Source: Chitinibacter sp. GC72
GTDB taxonomy: Bacteria; Pseudomonadota; Gammaproteobacteria; Burkholderiales; Chitinibacteraceae
NCBI RefSeq assembly: GCF_009760905.1
Contig: NZ_VIRW01000004.1
Coordinates: forward strand, 39,665 to 103,664
Length of the DNA: 64,000 nucleotides
Reading direction: 5' to 3'
The notes below the pieces were generated by a model that was not told the DNA's origin, did not search any database, and saw nothing but the letters and a program-made list of their open reading frames with translations. Both the position numbers and the translations under genes were made by a program. Shown here in pieces: positions 17,795 to 27,903 of the stretch (the stretch's first letter is position 1; the number at the start of each line of letters is the position of its first letter).

Positions 17795-18949
17795 ATGTCC
17801 GCTAGCCTCGCCATCGCTCGACCCAAGATTGCACCTTTTTACCCGCCTCGCCGCACGTTGATGGGCCCGGGGCCGTCCGATGTGTATCCCAGTGTGCTCG
17901 CCGCCGGGGCCAAACCAACGCTAGGGCATCTGGACCCGCTGTTTGTCGGCATGATGGACGAAGTTAAAACGCTGCTGCAATACGCCTTCCAAACCCGCAA
18001 CGAGATGACGCTGGCCGTCTCGGCACCCGGCTCGGCCGGGATGGAGGCGTGTTTTGTTAATCTGGTCGAGCCTGGCGAGAAAGTCATCGTCTGCCGCAAC
18101 GGCGTGTTTGGCGAGCGGATGCGGCAAAACGTCGAGCGCATCGGCGCAGTGGCCGTGCTGGTTGACAATGAATGGGGCAAGTGCGTTGACGTATCGGCTG
18201 TGGAAGCGGCGCTTAAAGCCAATCCGGACGCGAAATTTCTGGCCTTTGTCCACGCCGAAACCTCTACCGGCGCTCGTTCGGACGCGCAGGCTTTGTGCGC
18301 GCTGGCCAAAAGATCAGGCTGCTTGACCATTGTTGATGCAGTGACTTCGCTGGGCGGCATTGAGCTGCGCGTTGATGACTGGGGTATCGACGCCATTTAT
18401 TCGGGCAGCCAGAAATGCCTGTCGTGCGTACCGGGCTTGTCGCCGCTATCGTTTTCCCCGGCGGCAGTAGCAAAGCTCAAGGCACGGACTACGCCGGTGC
18501 AAAGCTGGTTTCTTGATCAGACCTTGGTGATGGGCTACTGGAGCAATGCAACGGGGGCAAAACGCAGCTACCACCACACTGCGCCGGTGAATGCGCTGTA
18601 TGCGCTGCATGAATCATTGCGCTTGCTGGCCGATGAAGGGCTGGAAAACGCCTGGGCGCGCCACGCCGCCATGCATGAATTGTTGCGTGATGGCCTAGAA
18701 AAGCTCGGCATTCAATTTGTTGTGGATGCCGAATATCGGCTGCCGCAGCTCAATGCCGTGCATATTCCGGCGGGCGTGGATGATGCGGCGGTGCGTGCGC
18801 AATTGCTCAATGATTACAATCTGGAAATCGGTGCCGGGCTGGGCGCGCTGGCGGGCAAGGCCTGGCGCATCGGGCTGATGGGCTACGGCGCACGGCGTGA
18901 GAATGTGGCATTGCTAATGAATGCGCTGACGAATGTGCTGAAGGCTTGA
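17795..18949 (+). CDS. Class V aminotransferase (serine-pyruvate/alanine-glyoxylate aminotransferase family)
   Basis: PGPSDVYPSVLAA N-terminal motif. PLP-lysine region SGSQKCL. ~385 aa from MSASLAI. Confidence 0.8.
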   Translation: MSASLAIARPKIAPFYPPRRTLMGPGPSDVYPSVLAAGAKPTLGHLDPLFVGMMDEVKTLLQYAFQTRNEMTLAVSAPGSAGMEACFVNLVEPGEKVIVCRNGVFGERMRQNVERIGAVAVLVDNEWGKCVDVSAVEAALKANPDAKFLAFVHAETSTGARSDAQALCALAKRSGCLTIVDAVTSLGGIELRVDDWGIDAIYSGSQKCLSCVPGLSPLSFSPAAVAKLKARTTPVQSWFLDQTLVMGYWSNATGAKRSYHHTAPVNALYALHESLRLLADEGLENAWARHAAMHELLRDGLEKLGIQFVVDAEYRLPQLNAVHIPAGVDDAAVRAQLLNDYNLEIGAGLGALAGKAWRIGLMGYGARRENVALLMNALTNVLKA

Positions 18950-19014
18950 TGGATGTATTGCCCGCTAGAGCTTGTTCGAATTAGCTTAGCGGGCAATACC
19001 TGTGGAGGTATAAA

Positions 19015-19404
19015 GTGAAATTTGGCTATACGATTATTTATGTGCCCGACGTTGCGGCATCGCTCGAATTTTTCTCGCGCGCTTTCGGTTTTTCCCTGCG
19101 CTTTTTGCATGAATCCGGCCAGTACGGAGAGCTGGCCACCGGCGAGACCACGCTGGCCTTCGCCCAGCAGGAGCTGGCTGGCAGCCATTTTGCGGGCGGT
19201 GTGCTCACCGCTCACGCGTCCGCTCAGCCATTGGGCGTAGAGATTGCACTGGTCACCACCGACATCGACGCGGCGCATCAGCTCGCGCTCGAGTACGGTG
19301 CCAGCGAGCTGGCCGCACCCGGCCAGAAACCCTGGGGGCAAACGGTATCGTATCTGCGTTGCCCCGATGGCACGCTGGTGGAGCTGTGCACGCCAATGGT
19401 CTAG
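19015..19404 (+). CDS. VOC/glyoxalase family protein
   Basis: 129 aa with paired beta-alpha-beta-beta-beta modules and conserved H/E ligand positions. Confidence 0.65.
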   Translation: MKFGYTIIYVPDVAASLEFFSRAFGFSLRFLHESGQYGELATGETTLAFAQQELAGSHFAGGVLTAHASAQPLGVEIALVTTDIDAAHQLALEYGASELAAPGQKPWGQTVSYLRCPDGTLVELCTPMV

Positions 19405-19421
19405 CGCCACAGCCCCCACGA

Positions 19422-21059
19422 TCAGGTATTGAATTGCTGCAGCTGACGCTGCAGATCGCTGGAGGCGTCGCCAATCTGGCGAGCGATGGCGTGAATCTGC
19501 TGTGAATGCTGCGCGGTGCTGTGCAGCTGCTGATTGGCTTGCGCTGCTTCGGTGACGATATGGTGTACGGCTTGTTCGATCTGCTCGGCCTCGCTCACTG
19601 CCTCGCCCGCTTCGCTGGCGGTCTGGTGCATCATGGTGACCAGCTCGTGAATCTGGCTCACGGCCTGATCGGCGGTGGTGACCAGCTGGCTGGCGCGCTC
19701 GGACATGCCGCTCATATCGCGGGCGGTGACGCTGATGCCGTCAACCACGCGGGCAATCGCCGTGCGTGAATCCTGCAGCGAGAGCTGCGTTTGCCCGGCC
19801 AGCTTGCGCACTTCATCGGCCACCACGGCAAAGCCGCGCCCGGCTTCACCTGCCCTCGCCGCTTCGATGGCCGCGTTCAGCGCCAGCAAATTGATCTGAT
19901 CCGAAATCGCGCCAATTGCGTCGAGCACGCGGGTAATCTGCCCGGTGGCTTGCGCCAGCTGGTCCAGCTCTTGTGCCAGATTTTGCGTTGCGCCGGCATT
20001 GTGGTTAACCGCGTCATACATATTGCCAAAGCTGGTGCCCGCGCTTTGCAGGCGGGTGCCGGCCTGAATCACGCGGTCGCGCGTTGCGCCGGCCAGAGTG
20101 GCCGAATGTTGCGCGCTGCGGCTAATGGCCTGTACATCCTGATTAAGCGCTTCAATATGCTGGGTGCTGTGTTGCAGATTGCGGCTCATGTTTTCGGTGA
20201 GGCCGTGAAACTGGCTGGCAGCGACCACATTGCTGGTGGCGCTGCTGCCCGCTTTGGCCAGCGTGTCACGCAGCAATTGCAGCAGCTGATTGAGCTGATT
20301 CATCATGGCTGCAATTTCATCTGCGCCCTCTTCCTGCAGCGACTGGCGCAAATCGCGTTGCGTAGCCATCTGCGCAATGCGCTGCGCCGAGCTTTGCAGA
20401 CGGCGCGCCATTTGCCGGGCGGCAAACCAGGCCAGCACGCTGCCCAGTGCCAAGCACAGCAAGGCCAGCTCGACGATGTGGATCAGCTCGTCGCGTTGCG
20501 CTTGTGCGACCTGCGCAGTGGTGACGTCAGCACCGATCAGGTATTGCTGATTGCCTTGCGTCACAGGCATAAAGACCGAGCGGAATTCGCCGTATTTGTC
20601 GCGATATTCGGCAAACTGCGTCTGCTTGCCTTGCCAGGCGGTTAAAATCGCCGGGTCGGCATCGCTGTAGTGCTCGAAATATTTGGCGTAGCTGCCAGCG
20701 GCCACTTCGACTTCGGGCGCGCCATCGCCCAGGTAATACACTTTGCCGTCGCGTACGGTCAGCACATAGCAGTAAGCCAGACCCACGCGGCGCGAGTATT
20801 CGCCCAGCCGCAGCACCAGTGCACGGTATTCTTTCTCGTCAATGCTGCCAGCCTGGCTGGCACGGCTGATGTAGTCGGTGCTGAGCATATACGGCACCGA
20901 ATTGGCCGCGGCCACCAGCCGGGCGTCCATGCTGTGCCGCACATCGGCGATTTTGCCGTAGTAACTGCTGGCACTGAATACCAGAATGGCCAGCAGCTGA
21001 ACCGCCAGTAGCCAGAGCAGAATGCGGGTAAACAGGGATAATCGGTGAAAAAGGCGCAT
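19422..21059 (-). CDS. Methyl-accepting chemotaxis protein (periplasmic sensor + HAMP + MCP signalling domain)
   Basis: Two TM helices. Conserved MCP hairpin tip [23 protein letters not shown]. Confidence 0.85.
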   Translation of the reverse strand: MRLFHRLSLFTRILLWLLAVQLLAILVFSASSYYGKIADVRHSMDARLVAAANSVPYMLSTDYISRASQAGSIDEKEYRALVLRLGEYSRRVGLAYCYVLTVRDGKVYYLGDGAPEVEVAAGSYAKYFEHYSDADPAILTAWQGKQTQFAEYRDKYGEFRSVFMPVTQGNQQYLIGADVTTAQVAQAQRDELIHIVELALLCLALGSVLAWFAARQMARRLQSSAQRIAQMATQRDLRQSLQEEGADEIAAMMNQLNQLLQLLRDTLAKAGSSATSNVVAASQFHGLTENMSRNLQHSTQHIEALNQDVQAISRSAQHSATLAGATRDRVIQAGTRLQSAGTSFGNMYDAVNHNAGATQNLAQELDQLAQATGQITRVLDAIGAISDQINLLALNAAIEAARAGEAGRGFAVVADEVRKLAGQTQLSLQDSRTAIARVVDGISVTARDMSGMSERASQLVTTADQAVSQIHELVTMMHQTASEAGEAVSEAEQIEQAVHHIVTEAAQANQQLHSTAQHSQQIHAIARQIGDASSDLQRQLQQFNT

Positions 21060-21386
21060 TGACAGCTCCGTAATTTGTCTTTCTTGATGTTGAATCAAGG
21101 GTATCAAGTACGGAAAGTATATGCAATCGGGATGCCGTCATGCTCGGCCACACCGTTGTTTGTGGGTCGATGTGTAGCTTGTCTACAGCCATCTCAAGCC
21201 GGACAGGATAGATACTGTTGCCGGTATATGCTGAGGTGTCTTGTGATGGTTGATCTGCAGCAATATACCCTTTAGTGATTTGTGCCGCCAATACCAAGCC
21301 ACAACAGCGGTGGCGGCCAGTAGCCACGCTGGCCAGATCGGACCAAATAGCCAAGCGATCAGACTGGCCAGCAGCTGAGGTGTGGT

Positions 21387-21866
21387 TTACTCGTCATCAT
21401 CATCGTCGTCGTTTTTGCGCACCAGCAACACCGGGATGGTGGTGTGGTGCAGCAGGCTTTCGGCGACGCTGCCAAAAATCAGGTGCATAAAACCCGAGTA
21501 GCCATGCGTGCCCATCACGATCAGGTCGGCGTGGCAATCGGTGGCGGCGCTGAGCAGGGTGCGTGCCGGATCGCCGCCCCATTGCTCGATCAGCCGGGTT
21601 TCACAGGCCAGATCGCAGGCTTTTGCACGTGCGGCATAGGCTTCCAGAAACTCGCGGCTGGCGGCCGCCTGCGTTTCACGCGCTACGCCATAGCCCGGGT
21701 AATCCAGCCCCGGCAAAGCCCCGGCCGCCATCACGGCGGGCGCAATATCGAGGACATGCACCAGATACAGGCGGGCATTGCACAGCGCGGCCATTTCCAG
21801 CGCATGCTCGAACGCCGCCGCTGCCGTATCGCCCTGATCCAGTGGAACAAGTATATGTTGATACAT
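21387..21866 (-). CDS. Universal stress protein (UspA family) with poly-Asp C-terminus
   Basis: ILVPLD....HVLD...LIVMGTHG..G....GSVAE motifs. Ends KNDDDDDDE. Confidence 0.8.
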   Translation of the reverse strand: MYQHILVPLDQGDTAAAAFEHALEMAALCNARLYLVHVLDIAPAVMAAGALPGLDYPGYGVARETQAAASREFLEAYAARAKACDLACETRLIEQWGGDPARTLLSAATDCHADLIVMGTHGYSGFMHLIFGSVAESLLHHTTIPVLLVRKNDDDDDDE

Positions 21867-22168
21867 GATGAACTCCTTGCCGGCCTGCGGCGCTGAGTTG
21901 GAGGGAATACTTCAGTCTAGTGCCCGCGCCACGCTGTTGCTGGCACGCCGGGCATGAGCGGGGTTTGAACGGTGCGTGCCGGGAATCAGGCTTGCGGATT
22001 GATAGTGAATGTCTATTGATGTGCTGAATACAATCAATTTTATCTTGTGATTGAGAATGATTATTATCAGCTCAAGCCTGTGATGATCAATGCATTCAGA
22101 GGCCAGCGTTTCCCCGCCTAATTAGCTGGCGTGAAAACTCGAAACGACAGCCACTCTAGGAGCTCATC

Positions 22169-22390
22169 ATGACTAAAACAATTACTTTTGCGGTGGTGCA
22201 TTTCACCGTGGCCTTTACCGTTGCCTATGTGTTGACCGGCAGTTTTGGCATTGCCAGCGCCTTGGCGCTGATCGAACCCATGGTCAACACCGTGGCGTAT
22301 TTTTTCCATGAAAAAGTGTGGGACGCCTATCGTGGTGCACAGGCTGCGCAGCAGAGCGATGCCACCCACGAAACTGGCATGCTGGCTTGA
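22169..22390 (+). CDS. DUF2061-like small membrane protein
   Basis: 73 aa with two TM helices; pattern MTKTITFAVVHFTVAFTVAYVLTGS. Confidence 0.55.
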   Translation: MTKTITFAVVHFTVAFTVAYVLTGSFGIASALALIEPMVNTVAYFFHEKVWDAYRGAQAAQQSDATHETGMLA

Positions 22391-22422
22391 GATAAATACG
22401 CGTCCATCAAGAGGTGATTGAT

Positions 22423-22503
22423 ATGCAGATCATCACAGAGCTAGGGTATATGCCTGTACGCTTTTTTCAGCAATTGCTGCATGCCTATACCCTTGGGCAG
22501 TAA
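22423..22503 (+). CDS. Candidate 26-aa small protein (MQIITELGYMPVRFFQQLLHAYTLGQ)
   Basis: Consensus RBS AAGAGG 7 nt upstream of the ATG. Sits in an otherwise empty 115-bp gap. Confidence 0.3.
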   Translation: MQIITELGYMPVRFFQQLLHAYTLGQ

Positions 22504-22506
22504 TCA

Positions 22507-22728
22507 TCAGGTTTTGCGTGCTGTGGCAGGCATGGCAGTGCGCTCGGCGGCGCTGCGCAGGCGCTCGCAGGCTCTTTCGCACAGGGCGCGGGTTTCGTAT
22601 TCCATTGCCTCGTCTTCGGCCAGATGGGCCAGCAGGTTTGCGGCCTGTTGCGCCGCGTGATTACAGCCAGTTTCGGTGTGGATCAGCACCAAGCTGAGGG
22701 CACCAGCCCAAAGGGGTGAATGCGTCAT
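22507..22728 (-). CDS. Hypothetical small protein
   Basis: 73-aa ORF. No motif. Confidence 0.25.
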   Translation of the reverse strand: MTHSPLWAGALSLVLIHTETGCNHAAQQAANLLAHLAEDEAMEYETRALCERACERLRSAAERTAMPATARKT

Positions 22729-22965
22729 GGCTTGCTTTCCTGTCAGTGTTGGGAGGCTTCAGCCCGCAGGCCTGCCGATTGAACGATGATGGACTCAATC
22801 TAGCTGCTTTCGAATATAAATGCAATTGCAAATCGTTATCATTTGTTCGGCGCTTGATGCAGCGCAAAGGCCGCCCGGCTGACCGCTCAGGCGTGCAAAT
22901 TTTCCCATCTGCGCGCGGGGCGCGTACCATAGCGGGCAAATTTGATCGAAAGACAGGACAGCGGC

Positions 22966-23331
22966 ATGAGCGGTAAATTAACCAAAGACGAAATGGACGC
23001 ATTAAAAGAAGTGGCACGCGGCCTAAAAACCACGCGGCTAAGCCACAAGGTGTTTAAAAACGTGAAAGCGCTAACTAGCCAGAAGCTGGCGGCCTACGAG
23101 CGCAAAACCGGTATTTTGCAAATTACCGATCTGGGCAAGCAGACCATTTTCATGACGCTGTGCATTGATTGCTTGCGCCAGCTGAAAGCCGACCCCTGCG
23201 TTAAAGTGAATGGCGAGGCGCTGGCTTTTTTGCTGCGCAAAGGCCATCTGGAAACACGCGAAGGGGAAGTCGGGTACTTTATCACCGCCAAGGGTGAGGA
23301 ATCACTGGCGGATATTGACGCCCAGCGGTAA
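22966..23331 (+). CDS. Hypothetical protein
   Basis: ORF with moderate GC; no motif recognised. Its 3' end overlaps the GGDEF/EAL gene end by ~30 nt on the opposite strand. Confidence 0.4.
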   Translation: MSGKLTKDEMDALKEVARGLKTTRLSHKVFKNVKALTSQKLAAYERKTGILQITDLGKQTIFMTLCIDCLRQLKADPCVKVNGEALAFLLRKGHLETREGEVGYFITAKGEESLADIDAQR

Positions 23332-25704
23332 ATCTTGCGGGCTGCGCGATTGCCAGTCCAGACGGCAGGCTTGCTCGAATTCGGCCATCAGCATGGGCTT
23401 GCCAAACAGATAGCCCTGAAAACGGTAGCAGTGGTTTTCCAGCAAAAACTGCTGCTGCGCCTCGGTTTCAACGCCTTCGGCGATAACGTCCAGATTCAGG
23501 CTGTGGCCCAGTGCGACAATCGCTTTAACAATCGCGGCGTCGCTGGGATTCACCGTCATATCGCACACAAATGACTGGTCAATCTTGAGCTGGTCAAACG
23601 GCATGTTTTTCAGGTAGGACAGCGAAGAAAAACCGGTGCCAAAGTCGTCCAGCGCAAAGCTCACCCCATAGTTGCGCAGCATTTGCATATTGCTAGTCAC
23701 TTGCTCGACATCGGAGGCCAGAATGCTTTCGGTAAGCTCCAGCTTCAGACGGCGAGGATTGGCACCGCTTTTTTCCAGCACGCTGACGACGCGCTCGACA
23801 TAATCGGGCAAGACAAACTCTTGTGCCGAGACATTCACCGCCAGCACCAGATGCGCCGTCTCCGGCTCGCTGGCCCAGCGCCTGAGCTGTTTGCACGCTT
23901 CTTCCAGCGCCCAGTGCCCGATCACGATAATCAGCCCGGTTTCTTCGGCCAATGGAATAAAGCGCGCCGGAGAAATCATGCCCAGCTGCGGTTGCTGCCA
24001 GCGTGCCAGCAGCTCGGCTCCCAGGATATGGCCGTTCTGGTCGATTTGTGGCTGATACAGCAGGTACATTTCGCCCGGCATGGCCTGGCGTAGCAGGCGC
24101 TCCATCAGCACGCGCTCGTCCAGGCTGGCCTGCATGGCTTCGTCAAAAAACACAATTTTGCTGTGATGCGAATTTTTGGCGTCAAACATTGCCACTTCGG
24201 CCTGCTTGAATACCTCGTTGGCGGTGATGCTGCGCTCGCCAAACAGGCTGATGCCCACCGAGGCGTGGCAGTGATAAAGCTTGCCGCCCAGATCAACAAG
24301 CTGCTTGATTCGTGTGAGGGCCTGTTGCGCCCAGTCGGCGGCCAGCTGGCGTGCCTGCTCTTTGTGCGGCGCTGAAAACAGCGCGACAAACTCGTCGCTA
24401 CCCAGCCGCGCCAGCATATCGCAGGGCACGGCAATGCCCTGCATCCGGCGGGTAATTTCAATCAGCAGCTGATCACCCGCTTCATCGCCTAGGGTGTCGT
24501 TCAGATGGCTGAAATGGTCCAGATCAATCAGCACAATGGCACCGAACTGTGCGTGCTGCGCCTGTTTTTGCAGGGCGGTGTTTAAATATTCGCGCGCCCG
24601 CCGCCGGTTCGCCAGCCCGGTGAGCAGGTCAAAATACGCCAGCTGGTGCATCACCTGCCCCATCATTCCCACTTCATCGCGCTGGTTTTGTTCCGGTTTG
24701 GCGGGTGTTTCGCTGCCAGAGACCGGGTACATTCTGGCCAGCTCGGCCAGCGCCACAATCGGGCGTACCACCCGTCCGGCAATGCTCCAGGATACCAGCG
24801 CAAAGATCGCCGCTCCGGTAATCACCAGCAGCAGCATCAGATTGCGCGTGTATTTGATCGGTGCCAGAACATGCTGTGCCTGCTCGCGCACCACCACAGT
24901 CCAGCGGACTTGCTCGATCGAGTGCTGAAAATGCAGCGTGGTTTGTGCTGACAGATAGCGTTCCGGATCCTGTTGCGCCGCCATTTGCGCCAGATTGTGC
25001 GAAGGCTCGGCCAGCGGCTTCATAATCCAGTTGCCTTTCTGGTCAGCCAGCAGAACTTCGATCTCCTCGGTTTCGTTGACGCTGTGGACAATGGATTTGG
25101 CCCAGTCCCAGTACAGATGCGCGCCCAGCACGCCGGTGAGTTGATTGCTGGCGTTGCGTATGGGCACTGCGACATCAATAAAGCGCAAAGGCTCGCCATC
25201 CGCTCTGGCCGGAAAATGCTTGGCGAGCAGCACGGCTTCATGCGGCTCGCCAAAAAATGGCCCGCGCAAACCGGCCTGAAACCAGTAGCGCTGCGCCACG
25301 TTTCTGTTTTCCAGCAGGCCACGGCTTGATACTTGCACCAGCCCGTCGGCATCGACCAGCCCGATCCAGGCGTAATCGGCCTGCCGCTGCTGTAGCTGGT
25401 CAAACAGCCGGCGGATACTGGCGGGCTCTGGCTGCGGTGACAGGGAAATTACATCGGCCAGCTGCTGAATCTGCAGCTGGCGATTGCCCAGATTTTCCAG
25501 CAAGGCGTCGGCTGCGCGTTGGGCGGTTAATTGCAGGCGGGTCTGGGCGGCCGAGCGCACGCTGTCTTCCCAGCGCCAGTGCATGACGGCGGTGAGGAGA
25601 ATGCCCAGCACAATACCAGCCACACCCATTGCCGTAGAAACACGGCCACGCACGCTTTGCGCGGATGAAAATCTGGTATAAAAGCTGCGAATGGCATGCC
25701 ACAT
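23302..25704 (-). CDS. Sensor diguanylate cyclase/phosphodiesterase (periplasmic sensor-TM-GGDEF-EAL)
   Basis: GGDEF-domain signature (RLGSDEF) and EAL-domain motifs (EFVLPDY...DDFGTGFSSLSYL) visible in the translation. Confidence 0.85.
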   Translation of the reverse strand: MWHAIRSFYTRFSSAQSVRGRVSTAMGVAGIVLGILLTAVMHWRWEDSVRSAAQTRLQLTAQRAADALLENLGNRQLQIQQLADVISLSPQPEPASIRRLFDQLQQRQADYAWIGLVDADGLVQVSSRGLLENRNVAQRYWFQAGLRGPFFGEPHEAVLLAKHFPARADGEPLRFIDVAVPIRNASNQLTGVLGAHLYWDWAKSIVHSVNETEEIEVLLADQKGNWIMKPLAEPSHNLAQMAAQQDPERYLSAQTTLHFQHSIEQVRWTVVVREQAQHVLAPIKYTRNLMLLLVITGAAIFALVSWSIAGRVVRPIVALAELARMYPVSGSETPAKPEQNQRDEVGMMGQVMHQLAYFDLLTGLANRRRAREYLNTALQKQAQHAQFGAIVLIDLDHFSHLNDTLGDEAGDQLLIEITRRMQGIAVPCDMLARLGSDEFVALFSAPHKEQARQLAADWAQQALTRIKQLVDLGGKLYHCHASVGISLFGERSITANEVFKQAEVAMFDAKNSHHSKIVFFDEAMQASLDERVLMERLLRQAMPGEMYLLYQPQIDQNGHILGAELLARWQQPQLGMISPARFIPLAEETGLIIVIGHWALEEACKQLRRWASEPETAHLVLAVNVSAQEFVLPDYVERVVSVLEKSGANPRRLKLELTESILASDVEQVTSNMQMLRNYGVSFALDDFGTGFSSLSYLKNMPFDQLKIDQSFVCDMTVNPSDAAIVKAIVALGHSLNLDVIAEGVETEAQQQFLLENHCYRFQGYLFGKPMLMAEFEQACRLDWQSRSPQDLPLGVNIRQ

Positions 25705-25937
25705 GATTGATCGTCACCGGGATGATTCCAGTTATTACTCTTACTACCAAACTGTTGAATATACAAATCAAATTAAGTAATGAGCAGAGCTGCAGAAAGG
25801 ATGCGCCTTGCCATTAACCGTTCATCAGCGGTGCAAGGTTACATCCCGCAACAACGCCGTGCTTTGATTTGTCCCTCGCCGCATATATGCTGCAGACCAT
25901 TCTATTGATCAACCGTACTGTAAAGGAGAAACAAATC

Positions 25938-25976
25938 ATGCAAAACACCACCACATTCTCCGCAGTCCGCGCCTAG
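25938..25976 (+). CDS. Candidate 12-codon leader mini-ORF MQNTTTFSAVRA upstream of rtcB2
   Basis: Strong RBS taaAGGAGaaacaaatcATG, ~90 nt upstream of the RtcB2 start. Confidence 0.2.
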   Translation: MQNTTTFSAVRA

Positions 25977-26068
25977 CTTGATCGAGATTTCCTCGCTGTA
26001 AATCCTTCGTCTTGCCCAGGGCTGCGGCCTGCCACATCAAATATTTCAAAAATTGATATGGATTTATC

Positions 26069-27208
26069 ATGGGCACAAACGTACAAAATCTGTCTGCGCG
26101 CGTTAATTTAATCGCGGCAGCAGACACCTGGATCGAAGGCGATGCGATTCAGCAGCTCCAAAACACCGCCAAACTCCCCGGCATGCAATACGTTTCCGGC
26201 ATGCCGGATTTACACCCTGGCCGCGGCTATCCGGTTGGTGCGGCTTTTTTCTCTACTGAATACATTTACCCGGCGCTGATTGGTGGCGATATCGGCTGCG
26301 GTATGGCGCTCTGGCAAACTAATCTGGACGCCAGAAAAGTCAGCCTCAGCAAGCTGGAAAAGAAAATCGGCAATATCGATGGCCCCTTGGACGAAGAATG
26401 GCAGGCTGTGATTGCCAGCCAATTACCTGCCGAAATTGGTTTCCGGCAAGCGCTGGGTACTATTGGCGGTGGCAATCATTTTGCCGAATTGCAGTGCTTC
26501 GACGAGATTCACGATGTTGAAGCATTTGCGGCCTTGGGGCTGAACAAAGCGCAGCTGCAACTGTTGGTACACAGCGGCTCGCGTGGCTTGGGGCAGCATA
26601 TTTTGCGCCAGCATATTGACCAGCACGGCCATCAGGGTTTGCTGGCCGACTCAAAGGAATGCCGGGCGTATCTGGCCGAGCATGATCAGGCGGTGCGTTT
26701 TGCCGAAGTAAACCGGCATCTGATTGCGCAGCGCATTCTGGCGAAACTGGCTTGCGATGGGTCGCAAATTCTCGATGTGAATCACAATCTGGTGCTGCCA
26801 GCACAGATGCACGGCCAGCCAGGCTGGATACATCGCAAAGGCGCAACGCCAGCCGATCAAGGCGCGGTGGTGATTCCCGGCTCGCGCGGTGATTACAGCT
26901 ATCTGGTTCAACCCATGCCCAGCGACATCAGCCTGCAATCGCTCGCGCATGGCGCGGGTCGCAAGTGGATGCGCAGCGAATGCAAAGGCCGCTTGAGTGG
27001 CCGCTATACCGTCGCGCAATTGAGCCGCACCAAGCTCGGCAGCCAGGTGATTTGCGCCGATCGCGCGCTGATTTACGAGGAAGCGCCGGAGGCCTACAAA
27101 CCGGCCAGCAATATCATTGCTACCTTGGTCGGCGCAGGGTTGGTCAAAGTGATTGCGCGGCTCAAACCCGTGCTCACCTACAAAACGCGTGGGGAGTGCT
27201 GCGAATGA
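26069..27208 (+). CDS. RtcB-family RNA ligase, PrfH-associated paralog (RtcB2)
   Basis: RtcB metal/GTP motifs (GGDIGCGMA, GGNHFAE, HSGSRGLG, HGAGR). Translationally coupled (ATGA) to the downstream prfH. Confidence 0.85.
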   Translation: MGTNVQNLSARVNLIAAADTWIEGDAIQQLQNTAKLPGMQYVSGMPDLHPGRGYPVGAAFFSTEYIYPALIGGDIGCGMALWQTNLDARKVSLSKLEKKIGNIDGPLDEEWQAVIASQLPAEIGFRQALGTIGGGNHFAELQCFDEIHDVEAFAALGLNKAQLQLLVHSGSRGLGQHILRQHIDQHGHQGLLADSKECRAYLAEHDQAVRFAEVNRHLIAQRILAKLACDGSQILDVNHNLVLPAQMHGQPGWIHRKGATPADQGAVVIPGSRGDYSYLVQPMPSDISLQSLAHGAGRKWMRSECKGRLSGRYTVAQLSRTKLGSQVICADRALIYEEAPEAYKPASNIIATLVGAGLVKVIARLKPVLTYKTRGECCE

Positions 27209-27825
27209 GTTTAATGCAAATCTCCGCCGCGCAAGGGCCGCAGGAATGCCAGCTGGCGGTCGCCAAAGCGCTCGGCCGTATGATTGAAGAGGCCGCACAG
27301 CGCAAGCTGGTGCTGGATCTGCTGGAGCAAGAAGCTGGCGATAAAGCTGGTACTTTGCGCTCGGTATTGCTCAGTATTGATGGCGAAGGCGCAGATCAAC
27401 TGATCCGGCAATGGGAGGGTACGATCCAGTGGATTTGCGCCAGCCCGTATCGCCCCCGGCATCTGCGCAAAAATTGGTTTATTGGTGTTTTTCGCTGCGC
27501 CACGCCTGCGAGCGATCTGGCCAATGAAATCCGTTTTGAAACGACGCGTTCATCTGGCCCCGGCGGGCAGCATGTCAATAAAACCGAATCGGCAGTGCGC
27601 GCCACGCATATCGCCAGCGGCATTACGGTGAAAGTGCAAACCGAGCGCAGCCAGCATGCCAATAAACGGCTGGCCGAGCAGCTAATCGCCCACCGTCTGG
27701 CCAGCCGCGCTGCGGATGAGTTGGGCGCACAGCGCGCAGAACGACGCTTGCAGCACTACCAGCTAGAACGCGGCAGCCCGAAACGGGTTTTCAAGGGCGA
27801 GCAATTTATTGAAAACTTAGCCTGA
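27205..27825 (+). CDS. prfH: Peptide chain release factor H (PrfH)
   Basis: GGQ motif in SSGPGGQHVNKTESAVRATH. Short (~207 aa) RF lacking the codon-recognition domain. Downstream of RtcB2. Confidence 0.85.
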   Translation: MSLMQISAAQGPQECQLAVAKALGRMIEEAAQRKLVLDLLEQEAGDKAGTLRSVLLSIDGEGADQLIRQWEGTIQWICASPYRPRHLRKNWFIGVFRCATPASDLANEIRFETTRSSGPGGQHVNKTESAVRATHIASGITVKVQTERSQHANKRLAEQLIAHRLASRAADELGAQRAERRLQHYQLERGSPKRVFKGEQFIENLA

Positions 27826-27903
27826 TTGGGTATTGCCATGTAGCTCATATTGGATATGGCTTGCATGGCAATACCCTGCAGATTAAAGATTGGGAGTGAA
27901 GCA

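Noticed and set aside
19506-21011. Plus-strand ORFs (19791..20645 and others) inside the MCP gene 19422..21059
   Set aside because: Antisense to a gene with the unmistakable MCP signalling-domain hairpin motif.
21387-21866. Poly-aspartate (DDDDDDE) tail of the UspA-family protein as a distinct feature
   Set aside because: Likely a low-complexity C-terminal extension without independent function. Noted in the feature evidence only.
23335-25681. Plus-strand ORFs antisense to the GGDEF/EAL gene
   Set aside because: Same reasoning. The minus-strand frame carries GGDEF and EAL motifs end to end.
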